Source: a virus
IMG/VR virus record: IMGVR_UViG_3300020048_003650
Coordinates: 1 to 64,000 of that record
Direction: 5' to 3' (one strand)
Length of the DNA stretch: 64,000 nucleotides
Shown here: positions 7,148 through 16,763 of the stretch, one piece after another
Position numbering within the stretch: position 1 is the first letter of the stretch
Layout of the letters: each line of letters begins with the position of its first letter
Program-made: the position numbers and the translations under genes
The notes under the pieces: model-generated
What the model was told of the DNA's origin: nothing
Database searches by the model: none
What the model saw: the letters and a program-made list of their open reading frames with translations, nothing else

Positions 7148-7222
7148 CGGTCCTTCGTTCAACGGATAGGATTCCAGGCTACGAACTTGGAGATGGAGGT
7201 TCGATTCCTTCAGGACCGGCCA
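7148..7222 (+). tRNA. tRNA-Arg(ACG)
   Basis: ccagg-CTACGAA-cttgg, TTCGATT, CCA. Confidence 0.92.
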
Positions 7223-7271
7223 CCAATAAAAATTTTACACAGTGTCGGTAGTTACTAAATAATTTTACAAA

Positions 7272-7345
7272 GCGGGATTAGTTTAATGGTAAAACTACAG
7301 ATTTCCAATCTGTTGTCATCAGTTCGATTCTGATATCCCGCTCCA
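7272..7345 (+). tRNA. tRNA-Gly(TCC)
   Basis: GCGGGAT acceptor, acaga-TTTCCAA-tctgt, CCA. Confidence 0.95.
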
Positions 7346-7367
7346 AAATTCATCTAAAGGAAACACA

Positions 7368-7532
7368 ATGAGTCAACGTAATCAAGTTAGGGACCCCAAC
7401 AAAACAAAAACCGGTAAGACAAGATTGAATGGATTGACAGTCACACAGTTGACGTCTCTCTTAGAAAAAGAGGGAAGGCCAAAGATCAAGGCAAAGATTT
7501 TAAATCGTATCAGAATCGTCCAAAACTGTTGA
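7368..7532 (+). CDS. small basic hypothetical protein (54 aa)
   Basis: AAGGA RBS; MSQRNQVRDPNKTKTGKTRLNGL...; below the track cutoff. Confidence 0.65.
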   Translation: MSQRNQVRDPNKTKTGKTRLNGLTVTQLTSLLEKEGRPKIKAKILNRIRIVQNC

Positions 7533-7564
7533 CAAATAGTTGTAACTACGTTATACTGTTAAAG

Positions 7565-7801
7565 TCAGTGATGAATTCATTACTGATCGAGCGAGTAAAT
7601 GATAGACTAGGGTTGATAACCAATCATTATTAACTTAATGATAAACATACGCTGATAATGTTGATGTGTGTTCCGTATACCACTTGATATTAAATATCAC
7701 TGTTTGTTGCTAAACGGAAATATGCATCTAGTGTCAATTGTTACTGTGTATTTTGAAAGTTGCCATTTGATTTTTCAATTACTTAATCATTTATTCTCTC
7801 G
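7565..7801 (+). ncRNA. candidate structured RNA or long leader
   Basis: promoter 7529-7557; closing helix 7588-7603/7786-7801 (15 of 16 pairs) plus nested hairpins; no ORF. Confidence 0.55.
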
Positions 7802-7822
7802 TTTTACCTAAAAGGAAACATC

Positions 7823-8026
7823 ATGACTGCTAAAAAAACACTCCTAGATAAACTTACTAAAGTGTCTGAGAATTTTACTGTTAATATGTACAGTAATGGA
7901 TACATGGTAGATGTATCGGGACAAAATAAGAATTCAGATTGGAAATCAGTTAAAATATTAGTTGCTACTGAAGAAGAACTATTAGATTTAATTAAACAGA
8001 TTACACAGTTAGAACGCACAGAATAA
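7823..8026 (+). CDS. hypothetical protein
   Basis: AAGGA RBS, 67 aa. Confidence 0.75.
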   Translation: MTAKKTLLDKLTKVSENFTVNMYSNGYMVDVSGQNKNSDWKSVKILVATEEELLDLIKQITQLERTE

Positions 8027-8039
8027 AGGATATTAACAT

Positions 8040-8603
8040 ATGAAGTTATCACTACGTCGAGCAAGTGCACTACAGAATCAAATTCGTGAAGTGATTTCAT
8101 CGATTGATATTGTAACATCAATTCAGTTGAATGAATTTCATGACGTAGAATCTGAACTAAGTCGTGCAAATGTTACACTGTTCGAACAAGATGCTCGTAG
8201 ACAACGTTTACTACTGGCACTATATACTATTCGTGGTCTAGTTGGCGCAGCAAATGCTCAGTCTGGCGTAGATGTAAATCTAGCTAAGGCAGCCTTTCTA
8301 GATAAACGAATCATTCAATTAAGTGATATTGTTAAACTATCGCCGGTAGAAAAACTGGAAGTAATCAAGGGTCGTATTGAAAAGATTCGTAACAATGGTG
8401 AAAGCGCCACAATGTACGGCAGAGATACCATCACTACTACAGTTGTCAGCGAAGATCAACTAAAACAAACTCGTAAAGAAATCATGAATCTCAAGCGACA
8501 ACATCAACGCTTAATGGATGAAATTTTAGAACTCAACGTTAAAACTGAGATTCCGTTGAACGAGGAGATTGTGAAAACTCTAACTGATGAAGGAATCGTT
8601 TAA
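8040..8603 (+). CDS. coiled-coil protein resembling the DUF6847/DIP1984 family
   Basis: MKLSLRRA start, helical hairpin pattern, C-terminal ...DEILELNVKTEI. Confidence 0.55.
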   Translation: MKLSLRRASALQNQIREVISSIDIVTSIQLNEFHDVESELSRANVTLFEQDARRQRLLLALYTIRGLVGAANAQSGVDVNLAKAAFLDKRIIQLSDIVKLSPVEKLEVIKGRIEKIRNNGESATMYGRDTITTTVVSEDQLKQTRKEIMNLKRQHQRLMDEILELNVKTEIPLNEEIVKTLTDEGIV

Positions 8604-8616
8604 AATCTTAATAAGT

Positions 8617-8647
8617 TCCCCTGAATAAATATGATATATTCAGGGGA
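8617..8647 (+). promoter_or_regulatory. RBS-sequestering hairpin containing a late promoter
   Basis: tcccctgaata/tattcagggga with TAAATA at 8626-8631 and the AGGGGA SD in the 3' arm. Confidence 0.6.
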
Positions 8648-8653
8648 TAAGTA

Positions 8654-9142
8654 ATGTTTTTCGAATATCTGAAGAAAATAAATTATGATAAAACTTTGTT
8701 ACTGAGTGAAGTGTTAGAAATTCCAGAAACATCGTGGAATTATTGGATAACTCCTAGTAGCAAAATTATAAAAAACTACAAACAAGTTTACTACGATCAG
8801 GTCGAGAAAATTGAACAGATAGAAATAATCCTGTCTCAGGTCCGACCGATTGTTGATATCGGTCCTGTGATAATTATGAGATATGAACCATATGCACAAC
8901 TACCAAAACACTATGATTGGAAAAACAAATCAGCAATCTTAGTTGGAATAAGTGACGATAGTAACATACTTTTTTGGGATAAACAAAATCCAGAAAAAGT
9001 AAATTATGATTATCCGATTCTAGCCAATTTAGAAGAATTTCACAGTGTTGACAATAATATCAACTCATACAGATATGTTTTGAAGATTCCTACAATAGAA
9101 GATTTCAATGAAGTATCTGAAAAATTATCCTATCTTTATTAA
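8654..9142 (+). CDS. 2OG-Fe(II) oxygenase/cupin-like protein
   Basis: LPKHYD (HxD), distal HSVDN and R. Confidence 0.6.
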   Translation: MFFEYLKKINYDKTLLLSEVLEIPETSWNYWITPSSKIIKNYKQVYYDQVEKIEQIEIILSQVRPIVDIGPVIIMRYEPYAQLPKHYDWKNKSAILVGISDDSNILFWDKQNPEKVNYDYPILANLEEFHSVDNNINSYRYVLKIPTIEDFNEVSEKLSYLY

Positions 9143-9688
9143 ATGTTTTGTCATCTAAATTATCAAATAGATAAAAAATATTTCAGGGAATATTTTTGGG
9201 AAAACTTTGACAAGGGTCAATATCATGTTTCATATGATGAGAACGGTCAAGTAAAAACAATTCATCAATTTTGGTGGATGTTATTTGGATTAGAAAAAAT
9301 TACCAAAGACATCATGTATGATTTGGGAATTATTGACATGAACGTGTTGCCTAGGTTTTCTTTTATCAAATCAACATGTGGACTAAAGCCACATGTTGAC
9401 ATTGATAGAATAGTAGGCATAAATTTCAATATTATGGAAAATAACGTTCCAGAATTAACTTTCGGCGACCACACAGTTTACTATGATTCACTATTAGCTG
9501 ATGTTGGTAGTACAATTCATCAAGTTAAACCAGTTAACTACAATCGATTGATATTAAAATTCGCAATAAGAGAACCATATCAAGATGTCATGGAATCACT
9601 AGATAAAAGAAATTTAATAGATTATGAAAAAACTAAAATAGATAATCCACATTACGCGGAGTATGTTTCTGTTTTAGAAGAAAAATAA
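9143..9688 (+). CDS. 2OG-Fe(II) oxygenase/cupin-like protein
   Basis: LKPHVD (HxD), HQV and R.ILK. Confidence 0.55.
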   Translation: MFCHLNYQIDKKYFREYFWENFDKGQYHVSYDENGQVKTIHQFWWMLFGLEKITKDIMYDLGIIDMNVLPRFSFIKSTCGLKPHVDIDRIVGINFNIMENNVPELTFGDHTVYYDSLLADVGSTIHQVKPVNYNRLILKFAIREPYQDVMESLDKRNLIDYEKTKIDNPHYAEYVSVLEEK

Positions 9689-9690
9689 TT

Positions 9691-10428
9691 CTATAGTTTT
9701 TCATAAACAAAATATAATCTGTTATTATTATCTTTTTTGAATGTTTCCAACTTTAAATTGTATGTTTTAGCAAATTCATGAGCGATTTCGAAATTCCATA
9801 AAAAAATATCAACATAGGGTGCATTTGGCCAACTTATTCCTGGATTAGCTCTAAAATAAATTTTGCCGCCTGGCATCAGCAATTCTACTATTCGCTTGAA
9901 TCTCAATTCAACGTCACTTTTTTCATTAAAATTCAAACTACCAAAAACAATAATATGATCAAAAGTCTCCTCGTCGACTTTGAACTCTAAGATGTCGACC
10001 ATGAAATCTGCACAATTATTGTATGGATCGATTCCTACTAGATTTTTTATTCTGCCTTTGAATGGATGATAACCACAACCAACATCAAGCACTGATTTTG
10101 GATTTTTTTCGTTTATTTCTACGACGATTGGCCAGCCGCTGTATTGATACACATCAGTCGATGGTTTCCAAATTTCACCAAAAAATCTAGCAAGATATTT
10201 TTTATCTAAATCATCAACAATACTATCAATTGATCCTGTTAAGTTTAAATCCGAAAACTGTAAATCTTTTTCTATTTGATTTTTAAATTTTCTAAATCTT
10301 GCCGGTGTCCATGGCAATGATTCTAATACTGTATCAGATTTCAATTCAGTGAGATTTTTTTCATATTTTGGCAATTTTAAAAAAAACTCTATGTTTTTTG
10401 TTAAAAGATTAAAAATTTTCAAATTCAT
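9691..10428 (-). CDS. class I SAM-dependent methyltransferase
   Basis: VLDVGCG motif I, GIDP, FGSLNF. Confidence 0.8.
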   Translation of the reverse strand: MNLKIFNLLTKNIEFFLKLPKYEKNLTELKSDTVLESLPWTPARFRKFKNQIEKDLQFSDLNLTGSIDSIVDDLDKKYLARFFGEIWKPSTDVYQYSGWPIVVEINEKNPKSVLDVGCGYHPFKGRIKNLVGIDPYNNCADFMVDILEFKVDEETFDHIIVFGSLNFNEKSDVELRFKRIVELLMPGGKIYFRANPGISWPNAPYVDIFLWNFEIAHEFAKTYNLKLETFKKDNNNRLYFVYEKL

Positions 10429-10540
10429 GTAAATATTCCTATATTTGATAAATATTTATGAAACTTTGATACATAAGATAAATATTTTCAATAAAAACAA
10501 AAATTTTTATTATTATTGAAAATTTATTACTGGAGATTAA

Positions 10541-11080
10541 ATGAATTTAGATTATGATTTTTTAAACGATTATTTCAGACATCATTGGAAGCCTTCCTTG
10601 TCAGCATATGCAGCAAGCTCATATGAAAGAATATCAGAAAGAATCAGTGATGATGAATATCTGTTAGACGTTGGATGTGGAGACAATCCATTTAAAAATT
10701 TAGTTAAAAATTGCTTTGGCATAGATCCAGCAAATGACGGAGCTGATCTACAAGTTTCAATTGAGGATTTTGTTCCCACTAGAAAATATGATGTAATTAC
10801 TTGTCTTGGAAGTATTAATTTTGGAGACGAGTCGATTATTTCTCGACAAGTAGAAAAAGTAGTTAGTTGCTTGGAAAAAAATGGAAGAATTTTTTGGAGA
10901 TTAAACCCTGGCAGAAAAGATCACGAAAGTGAATTATGTAAGAAAGTTCCGTTTTTTCCATGGTCATTTGAAAAATTGAGAGAGTTTGCGACTGTTCATG
11001 GATTCTCTCAAGTAAACGAAACCATAGATCAAGATCAAAATATTGTTAGATTATACGCGGAGTGGCAAAAAAATGATTAA
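10541..11080 (+). CDS. class I SAM-dependent methyltransferase (paralog of 9691-10428)
   Basis: LLDVGCG, GIDP, LGSINF, RLNPG. Confidence 0.8.
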   Translation: MNLDYDFLNDYFRHHWKPSLSAYAASSYERISERISDDEYLLDVGCGDNPFKNLVKNCFGIDPANDGADLQVSIEDFVPTRKYDVITCLGSINFGDESIISRQVEKVVSCLEKNGRIFWRLNPGRKDHESELCKKVPFFPWSFEKLREFATVHGFSQVNETIDQDQNIVRLYAEWQKND

Positions 11081-11660
11081 ATTACCATCTAAAATTTTTA
11101 TGATAGGAGCTCCTGGTTCTAGATGGAGCGGTATCGCTCAAAATATCGAAAGTATTCCAGGATTTAATACTAGCGATAGAACTGATGATAGAAATTATTC
11201 TCATCACGGTTTTTCTGGACATCTTGGCGCCTATTATGGCACAGGTTGGGAAACTGACACCTCACTTACCGATGAGAATCTAAATAAGCCGTTTGCAAAC
11301 ACTGACGGAACTAGAATCTTGAAAAGTCATGAATGGGCATATCAACTGGATGAAATTTATGAGAAGTTTCCTGATAGTTGGATTTTTCTAGTGCATCGTC
11401 CCGATCTTTCTTGTCAGGCATGGTGGCATGAAGCGGGTGGCTTTAATATTTCTTATCCAGACTATCATCCCTATTACAAAAATAGCATGAACATGTTAAA
11501 CGAAATAATCAAACAAAATAATTGCATGTTCGAATTTTCTAAAAAACACGATCTCTCGTGGAATCACATATCCGGTAATTGGATTGAAAATAATTTTGGT
11601 CAATATGTTGAACCAACTGTAAAATTACCAGATACTCTAGTGGCTCTTTTAAAAAGGTAA
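11073..11660 (+). CDS. sulfotransferase-like P-loop protein
   Basis: IFMIGAPGSRWS loop, ILKSH, IFLVHR. Confidence 0.55.
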   Translation: MIKLPSKIFMIGAPGSRWSGIAQNIESIPGFNTSDRTDDRNYSHHGFSGHLGAYYGTGWETDTSLTDENLNKPFANTDGTRILKSHEWAYQLDEIYEKFPDSWIFLVHRPDLSCQAWWHEAGGFNISYPDYHPYYKNSMNMLNEIIKQNNCMFEFSKKHDLSWNHISGNWIENNFGQYVEPTVKLPDTLVALLKR

Positions 11661-11663
11661 TTC

Positions 11664-13100
11664 ATGGAATATATTGTCTGGCTGTTATTAGGAACAATTT
11701 ACGGAACAATAGTTGGGGTTATTCCTATCGCAGGAGCAACTATTGGTCTGTTGGTTGTTTTTGGCATGACTGACATGTTTTTGGCAAATCCGTATCTTGG
11801 TGTGGTATTCATGACGAGTTTTCTAGGAGCAGTTAGTAGCAGTGACAGCTTCACTAGTATACTTACTGGAATTCCTGGTTCTGGTTCAACAGCCGCTTCA
11901 ATCATCGATGGCTATCCAATGGCAAGAAATGGCCAGGCTGGCAGGGCTATTGGCGCTGCTCTCATGGACTCGTTAATCAACGGAGTAATCTGGGGAATAC
12001 TGGCATTTGGACTTATGCCATTTTACAGTATGCTCATATTATCATTTGGTATACCAGAATTTGCCGCACTGATGTTTGTTAGTTTGACTTGTGTTGGATT
12101 TATTACTGTTAGTAATCCACTGTTAAGTGTAATCAGTATCGTTCTTGGACTGTTTCTTGGTTTAATAGGCCAAGATCCAGGAACTAGTGCACATAGATTT
12201 ACATTTGGCTGGGAGTATCTAGCTGCTGGGATTCAAATGATTCCCATGATTGCCGGACTATTCGCTGTACCAGAGATTATTGAATCAATTAAAAACAAAA
12301 CAATAAAACCACCCGCTATTGTTAATTATTGGTCTCAACTGTTTCAGGGATTTAAAGATTGCTTTACTAATTGGCGAGATATGATAAGAGGTGGTGCCAT
12401 AGGATTTTTTACGGGAATATTACCAGGAGTTGGTGGCAGTGCTGGTGATATGATGGCATATGGGGCGACTGTTGCAAAACATCCAAATGAAAAATTTGGC
12501 AATGGAAATGTAAAGGGTCTCATAGGATGCGAGGGGGCGAATAATGCTCAAAAACCAGCAAGTCTTATTCCAACTGTTTTATTTGGAATTCCAGGTGCAC
12601 CATTTGCTGCCATTATGATGGCAGTTTGTATGAGTCTTGGTCTAGAACTAGGCACTGCGTCGCTTTTGAATGATGAAAAATTTATTCTTGCTCTAGGCGG
12701 AGGATTTGTACTTAGTACTATTTTAGGATTTGTTATTTGTGTTTTTATTGCAAAATATATTGTAAAAATATTAGAAATACCATCATGGATATACGCATCA
12801 ATTATAACTGTGATTGTGGTATGGAGCAGTTTTCAATACTCGGGAACTATCAACGATCTTTATATTTTGATACTATGTGGAATTATTGGAATTTTATCAA
12901 AGAAAATAGGACTAAGTAGACCAGCAATCTTGTTGGCATATGTAGTAGCCGAAAAATTTGAAAATTATACACAACAAGCTCTTACTCTCTACACACCGTT
13001 CGAGATTATTTCTCGTCCAGTAGTTGGAACATTGATTATAGTATCTATTGTAATCATTGGCTATAGCATCAAAAAATACAAAGGCATTTCTTATAATTAA
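11664..13100 (+). CDS. tctA: tripartite tricarboxylate transporter permease TctA
   Basis: polytopic; SILTGIPG, DGYPMA, GILPGVG, EGANNA, LFGIPG motifs. Confidence 0.9.
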   Translation: MEYIVWLLLGTIYGTIVGVIPIAGATIGLLVVFGMTDMFLANPYLGVVFMTSFLGAVSSSDSFTSILTGIPGSGSTAASIIDGYPMARNGQAGRAIGAALMDSLINGVIWGILAFGLMPFYSMLILSFGIPEFAALMFVSLTCVGFITVSNPLLSVISIVLGLFLGLIGQDPGTSAHRFTFGWEYLAAGIQMIPMIAGLFAVPEIIESIKNKTIKPPAIVNYWSQLFQGFKDCFTNWRDMIRGGAIGFFTGILPGVGGSAGDMMAYGATVAKHPNEKFGNGNVKGLIGCEGANNAQKPASLIPTVLFGIPGAPFAAIMMAVCMSLGLELGTASLLNDEKFILALGGGFVLSTILGFVICVFIAKYIVKILEIPSWIYASIITVIVVWSSFQYSGTINDLYILILCGIIGILSKKIGLSRPAILLAYVVAEKFENYTQQALTLYTPFEIISRPVVGTLIIVSIVIIGYSIKKYKGISYN

Positions 13101-13111
13101 AGGAGATTAAA

Positions 13112-14197
13112 ATGAGAAATTTTTTAAAAAATATTAGAACATCAATGGTAGCAAGTGCGTTGTTGTTTGTCATGTCAGTGCCAGCATGGGCTGAATATCG
13201 AATGATTGTACCACAGGCCGCTGGAAATGGCACGGCTGTATGGGCTAGCATTATTGCTAGACATTTAGAAAAACAATTAGGAGAAAAAGTAGTAATTCAA
13301 CATATTCCAGGAGCAAAAGATATTCCTGGATTCAACGAATTTCATAACAAATTAAGATTCGATAATAAAACAATCATGGTTAGTCATGGAGGTAATGGCA
13401 TCGGATATCTAGTTGACCAAGTAAATTACGATTACAAATATTATGATTCGATTGGCATGATGAATCTAAACATTGTCGTTGGTAAACACAAAGATAATCC
13501 GGTTGATGGTTCTAAGAAGATCCGACAAGCCGGTGCTTCTGGACAGGAAACTGACGGTATGGCCATCGCTCTGCTAATGTGTGGTAATTTACCTACGATG
13601 CAATCTTATCTAGATTGTTACAGAGAAAAAGTCATCTGGGTTAATGGCGTACCAGGTGGAGAGAGACGATTGGGATTCATTCGAAAAGAATTTGATGTTG
13701 CTAGGGAAAGTGTCGTTTCTTGGTTTAAACACTACACCGAGCCAAAAATAGGAGCTGAAATTTGGTTCCATCACGGAGTGTACGACCTTCAATCCAGATT
13801 ACAGAAAGAAGACCCAAACTTTCCAGCAGGTTTGAGATTTGAAAAAGTCTTCAAGGATCGCTGGGGCGTAGAGCCAACTGGCCCACTCTATGATGCCTAT
13901 ACGCTAAGTAGAAATTTTAGAGATGTGTTACAAAAAGCCTTGTGGGTAAATAAGGGCAATCCTAATACGGAAAAATTACGTACCGCGTTACGTAAAATGA
14001 TTACTGACCCAGAGGCAGCGGCTGCCCTTGAAGCGGACACTGGAAAATATGAATGGATTATAGGCAATGATGGTAATCTCGTTGTTGATAGGATTCGACG
14101 AAATATCACGGAACAAAAACTCAAAGACATGGTTTGGTGGCACGAACGTGCCTATAAATTTCCAAGCGTTTACAAACCAGAGTTGATAATAAAGTAA
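13112..14197 (+). CDS. tctC: TctC/Bug-like periplasmic substrate-binding protein
   Basis: signal peptide; IVPQAAGNGT...LGEKVVIQHIPGA; adjacent to tctA. Confidence 0.75.
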   Translation: MRNFLKNIRTSMVASALLFVMSVPAWAEYRMIVPQAAGNGTAVWASIIARHLEKQLGEKVVIQHIPGAKDIPGFNEFHNKLRFDNKTIMVSHGGNGIGYLVDQVNYDYKYYDSIGMMNLNIVVGKHKDNPVDGSKKIRQAGASGQETDGMAIALLMCGNLPTMQSYLDCYREKVIWVNGVPGGERRLGFIRKEFDVARESVVSWFKHYTEPKIGAEIWFHHGVYDLQSRLQKEDPNFPAGLRFEKVFKDRWGVEPTGPLYDAYTLSRNFRDVLQKALWVNKGNPNTEKLRTALRKMITDPEAAAALEADTGKYEWIIGNDGNLVVDRIRRNITEQKLKDMVWWHERAYKFPSVYKPELIIK

Positions 14198-14201
14198 TAT
14201 T

Positions 14202-14552
14202 TTGGAATTACTTATCGCTAACATAGTCTATGTGGCCTACCGACTTATAGTCAGTGGGCCCATAGTAAAGATACTAAACAAATATCTACCGTATTACTTG
14301 GCTGTGTTAGTGATGGCACAACTAAGTTTTACATATGATACATTTGTCTTTGGTTACTACTTCAACGCACAGGAACTACCAAATCTTCTTGATTTGCTAG
14401 TGTCTGATTTAATGTACACGATTAGAGTAATAGCAGCTTGGTGGCTCATAAAACAAATATGGAACAAGATAGGGAATTACTGGGTATCAGTTTTTATTGG
14501 CGCTCAAATAACTTTTATCTTTGATTATTTTATCTTCAAGAATTTATTCTAA
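14202..14552 (+). CDS. small ~4-TM membrane protein
   Basis: hydrophobic 116 aa, TTG start; position suggests a TctB analogue. Confidence 0.5.
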   Translation: MELLIANIVYVAYRLIVSGPIVKILNKYLPYYLAVLVMAQLSFTYDTFVFGYYFNAQELPNLLDLLVSDLMYTIRVIAAWWLIKQIWNKIGNYWVSVFIGAQITFIFDYFIFKNLF

Positions 14553-14563
14553 TAAATACATAC

Positions 14564-15223
14564 ATGAATACACTAAACAGTAACTGGGAAATTCAACGAG
14601 CGAAATCTAAATATCATTTTGACAACACGGTGATTGATCCTGTGTTCGACGACATACAACAATATGGTCGATTTGTAGGCGATTGGCGTGATGAAATAAA
14701 TCAGGTTTTGTCTTCAGCTAAGCCTAGAACTTGGAGAAATCGTTCTAAAACAGGACAACCTAATAAGTTGGTGTCCGAGGAAGAATATGATTTAGAATCT
14801 ATTGGCGCGGATAAAGACATGATATTTGCTAATCTGGATTATAATCTAAGTGAAAAATTCAAACGGATGACAGATATTATCGGTCTGGATCGTCGAGAGG
14901 ATCGGGTTCATGTTCAATGGCCAGGCCAAGTAATAATCAAACATATTGATAAACTTGAAAAAGTCAACCCCGAAGATCCAAGTATAGTTATGAGATTCAT
15001 GATCATGCTAACTGATTGGGATCAGGGTCACTTTATACAATATGGAAACTATAACTACGGTGGTTGGCATGCTGGTGATATTAACACATTCAACTGGGCA
15101 CACACTCCTCATTCTACGGCCAATGCCGGATTAACACCTAGAGTTAGTATTCTGACAACAGGCTTGGTAACCGAAAAGACTAGACAATTCATGAATTCTG
15201 TTGACAAAATATTTTATGTGTGA
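14564..15223 (+). CDS. 2OG-Fe(II) oxygenase-like protein
   Basis: Q.PGQ...HID, W.AGD, PHSTANAG..PR. Confidence 0.65.
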   Translation: MNTLNSNWEIQRAKSKYHFDNTVIDPVFDDIQQYGRFVGDWRDEINQVLSSAKPRTWRNRSKTGQPNKLVSEEEYDLESIGADKDMIFANLDYNLSEKFKRMTDIIGLDRREDRVHVQWPGQVIIKHIDKLEKVNPEDPSIVMRFMIMLTDWDQGHFIQYGNYNYGGWHAGDINTFNWAHTPHSTANAGLTPRVSILTTGLVTEKTRQFMNSVDKIFYV

Positions 15224-15235
15224 TATGATATTATC

Positions 15236-16513
15236 ATGCTTAATAATTTCGTTACAATAAATTTTGTTCCCGGAGGTCGCGGTCACCAGATAGGCAGACT
15301 ACTCAGTAGCTGTGACAACGTGAGTTGGTATGATTATTATCGAAATGGCCGACATCCATGGATACCCGGTGACGGTACATCAATGACTGAAATTTCTAAA
15401 TTTCATTTTGATCGAAGATTCATGGGCGCATCAGGAGTGGGAGTTGACAGGTATACTATTCCTCCTGTTCTTGATATTGCCAGTAGAAATGGGTATCCTG
15501 AATATCCACTGGATGATATGATGGAATGGAATACTAAATTAGATTTTAAAAAGGCAGTCTATCCATTAAATTGTGAGCTAGATGTATGTAAACAGTTTTT
15601 CTCTGACAGTAAACACTTGGTGGTGATCAATACAGATGTAGATTCATTGACTGATAGATTTATTAAAACCACCGCTAAATTTATTTACCATAACCCGCCA
15701 TTGTCCTCCAGAGATTCCAGTTACGAGCGATTAACTTTTAAACAATACTGGGAAAGAAATAACAAAGACGGCTCAAGTTATCTTGAATGGGTTAAAAACT
15801 ATGCTACTAATTTACTGGAAAACTATAAATCAAACTTATCAAGCGATGATGTCGTAATACAAGATGTTGATGAGTTATTTGATCAATCCAGATTTAAAAC
15901 GATATGTGATAGACTAGGACTACATTTTAATGAAAAAAATCACACAAAGGTAGTTGATTTTGTCAAGCGTGATTCTTTTTCTCCGGAAGTATTTACCAGA
16001 AGTTTAACCGGTAAAGATGTATCGCTAATTGAAGAATTCTGTGTAGAGAGCGAACGTCGAGGTTTTAATAATAACTCAAGTTTAAAAACAATGAAATATC
16101 ATTGGTGTTTGGAACAGGGCGGACGATGGTTTGGTACCTTTAAACAGGAGAAAATTATTTCTCTTAGTGGCATACATCCATTTTTAGACGGGTGGCGCGC
16201 CATGTTTAGAGGCGCACAGCATGAGGGCAGAAGAATAGGACTAAATAGGTATCAGATGACTAGCTATAGTCTACATAGTCAATTACCACAGGAAATAGAA
16301 TATGTCGAAGGTATAAGTGGTCGAGGAATTCCAATTTACGTAACTACAAATATTAATCATGATGCCAGTGGAAATGCTGGCAGGGTACATAAATTATTTG
16401 TAGAACTAGGCAAGTTAGGAGTATTTGATCACTGTGGTGATCATGAGATATTCAATACACTACAGAGTGTTTGGAAGTTAAATAGAGAAAAATATTATGA
16501 TGTACGATCCTGA
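15236..16513 (+). CDS. two-domain hypothetical enzyme (sulfotransferase-like N-terminus, possible GNAT-like C-terminus)
   Basis: FVPGGRGH loop; the domain calls are tentative. Confidence 0.45.
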   Translation: MLNNFVTINFVPGGRGHQIGRLLSSCDNVSWYDYYRNGRHPWIPGDGTSMTEISKFHFDRRFMGASGVGVDRYTIPPVLDIASRNGYPEYPLDDMMEWNTKLDFKKAVYPLNCELDVCKQFFSDSKHLVVINTDVDSLTDRFIKTTAKFIYHNPPLSSRDSSYERLTFKQYWERNNKDGSSYLEWVKNYATNLLENYKSNLSSDDVVIQDVDELFDQSRFKTICDRLGLHFNEKNHTKVVDFVKRDSFSPEVFTRSLTGKDVSLIEEFCVESERRGFNNNSSLKTMKYHWCLEQGGRWFGTFKQEKIISLSGIHPFLDGWRAMFRGAQHEGRRIGLNRYQMTSYSLHSQLPQEIEYVEGISGRGIPIYVTTNINHDASGNAGRVHKLFVELGKLGVFDHCGDHEIFNTLQSVWKLNREKYYDVRS

Positions 16514-16763
16514 TCATTTGAGTAAAGCGGCCTCAGCAGGCGGCAAAAAAATGTCTAGTATAGGTTCATACTTATGGCATTGGAGATTGGCAATGAGCGA
16601 AGCGGGTTTTCTTTTTATCATGGCCATAGGAAGTGTCATACATGCTTTTTTCCCATTCCTGTTGTCATTTAAATTATTAGAAATTAGAATAGAAAGATTA
16701 AAAACTTTAAAAAAACAATTGCCGAACGATGAACGTTTACAAAGGATAAAATTCGATGAGTAA
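16497..16763 (+). CDS. DUF6356-like small membrane protein
   Basis: SY.WHWR.A...IHAFFPF. Confidence 0.6.
   Translation: MMYDPDHLSKAASAGGKKMSSIGSYLWHWRLAMSEAGFLFIMAIGSVIHAFFPFLLSFKLLEIRIERLKTLKKQLPNDERLQRIKFDE

Noticed and set aside
7220-7225. CCACCA degradation mark on tRNA-Arg
   Set aside because: It is genome-encoded, the acceptor stem is fully paired, and it is probably just trailer sequence.
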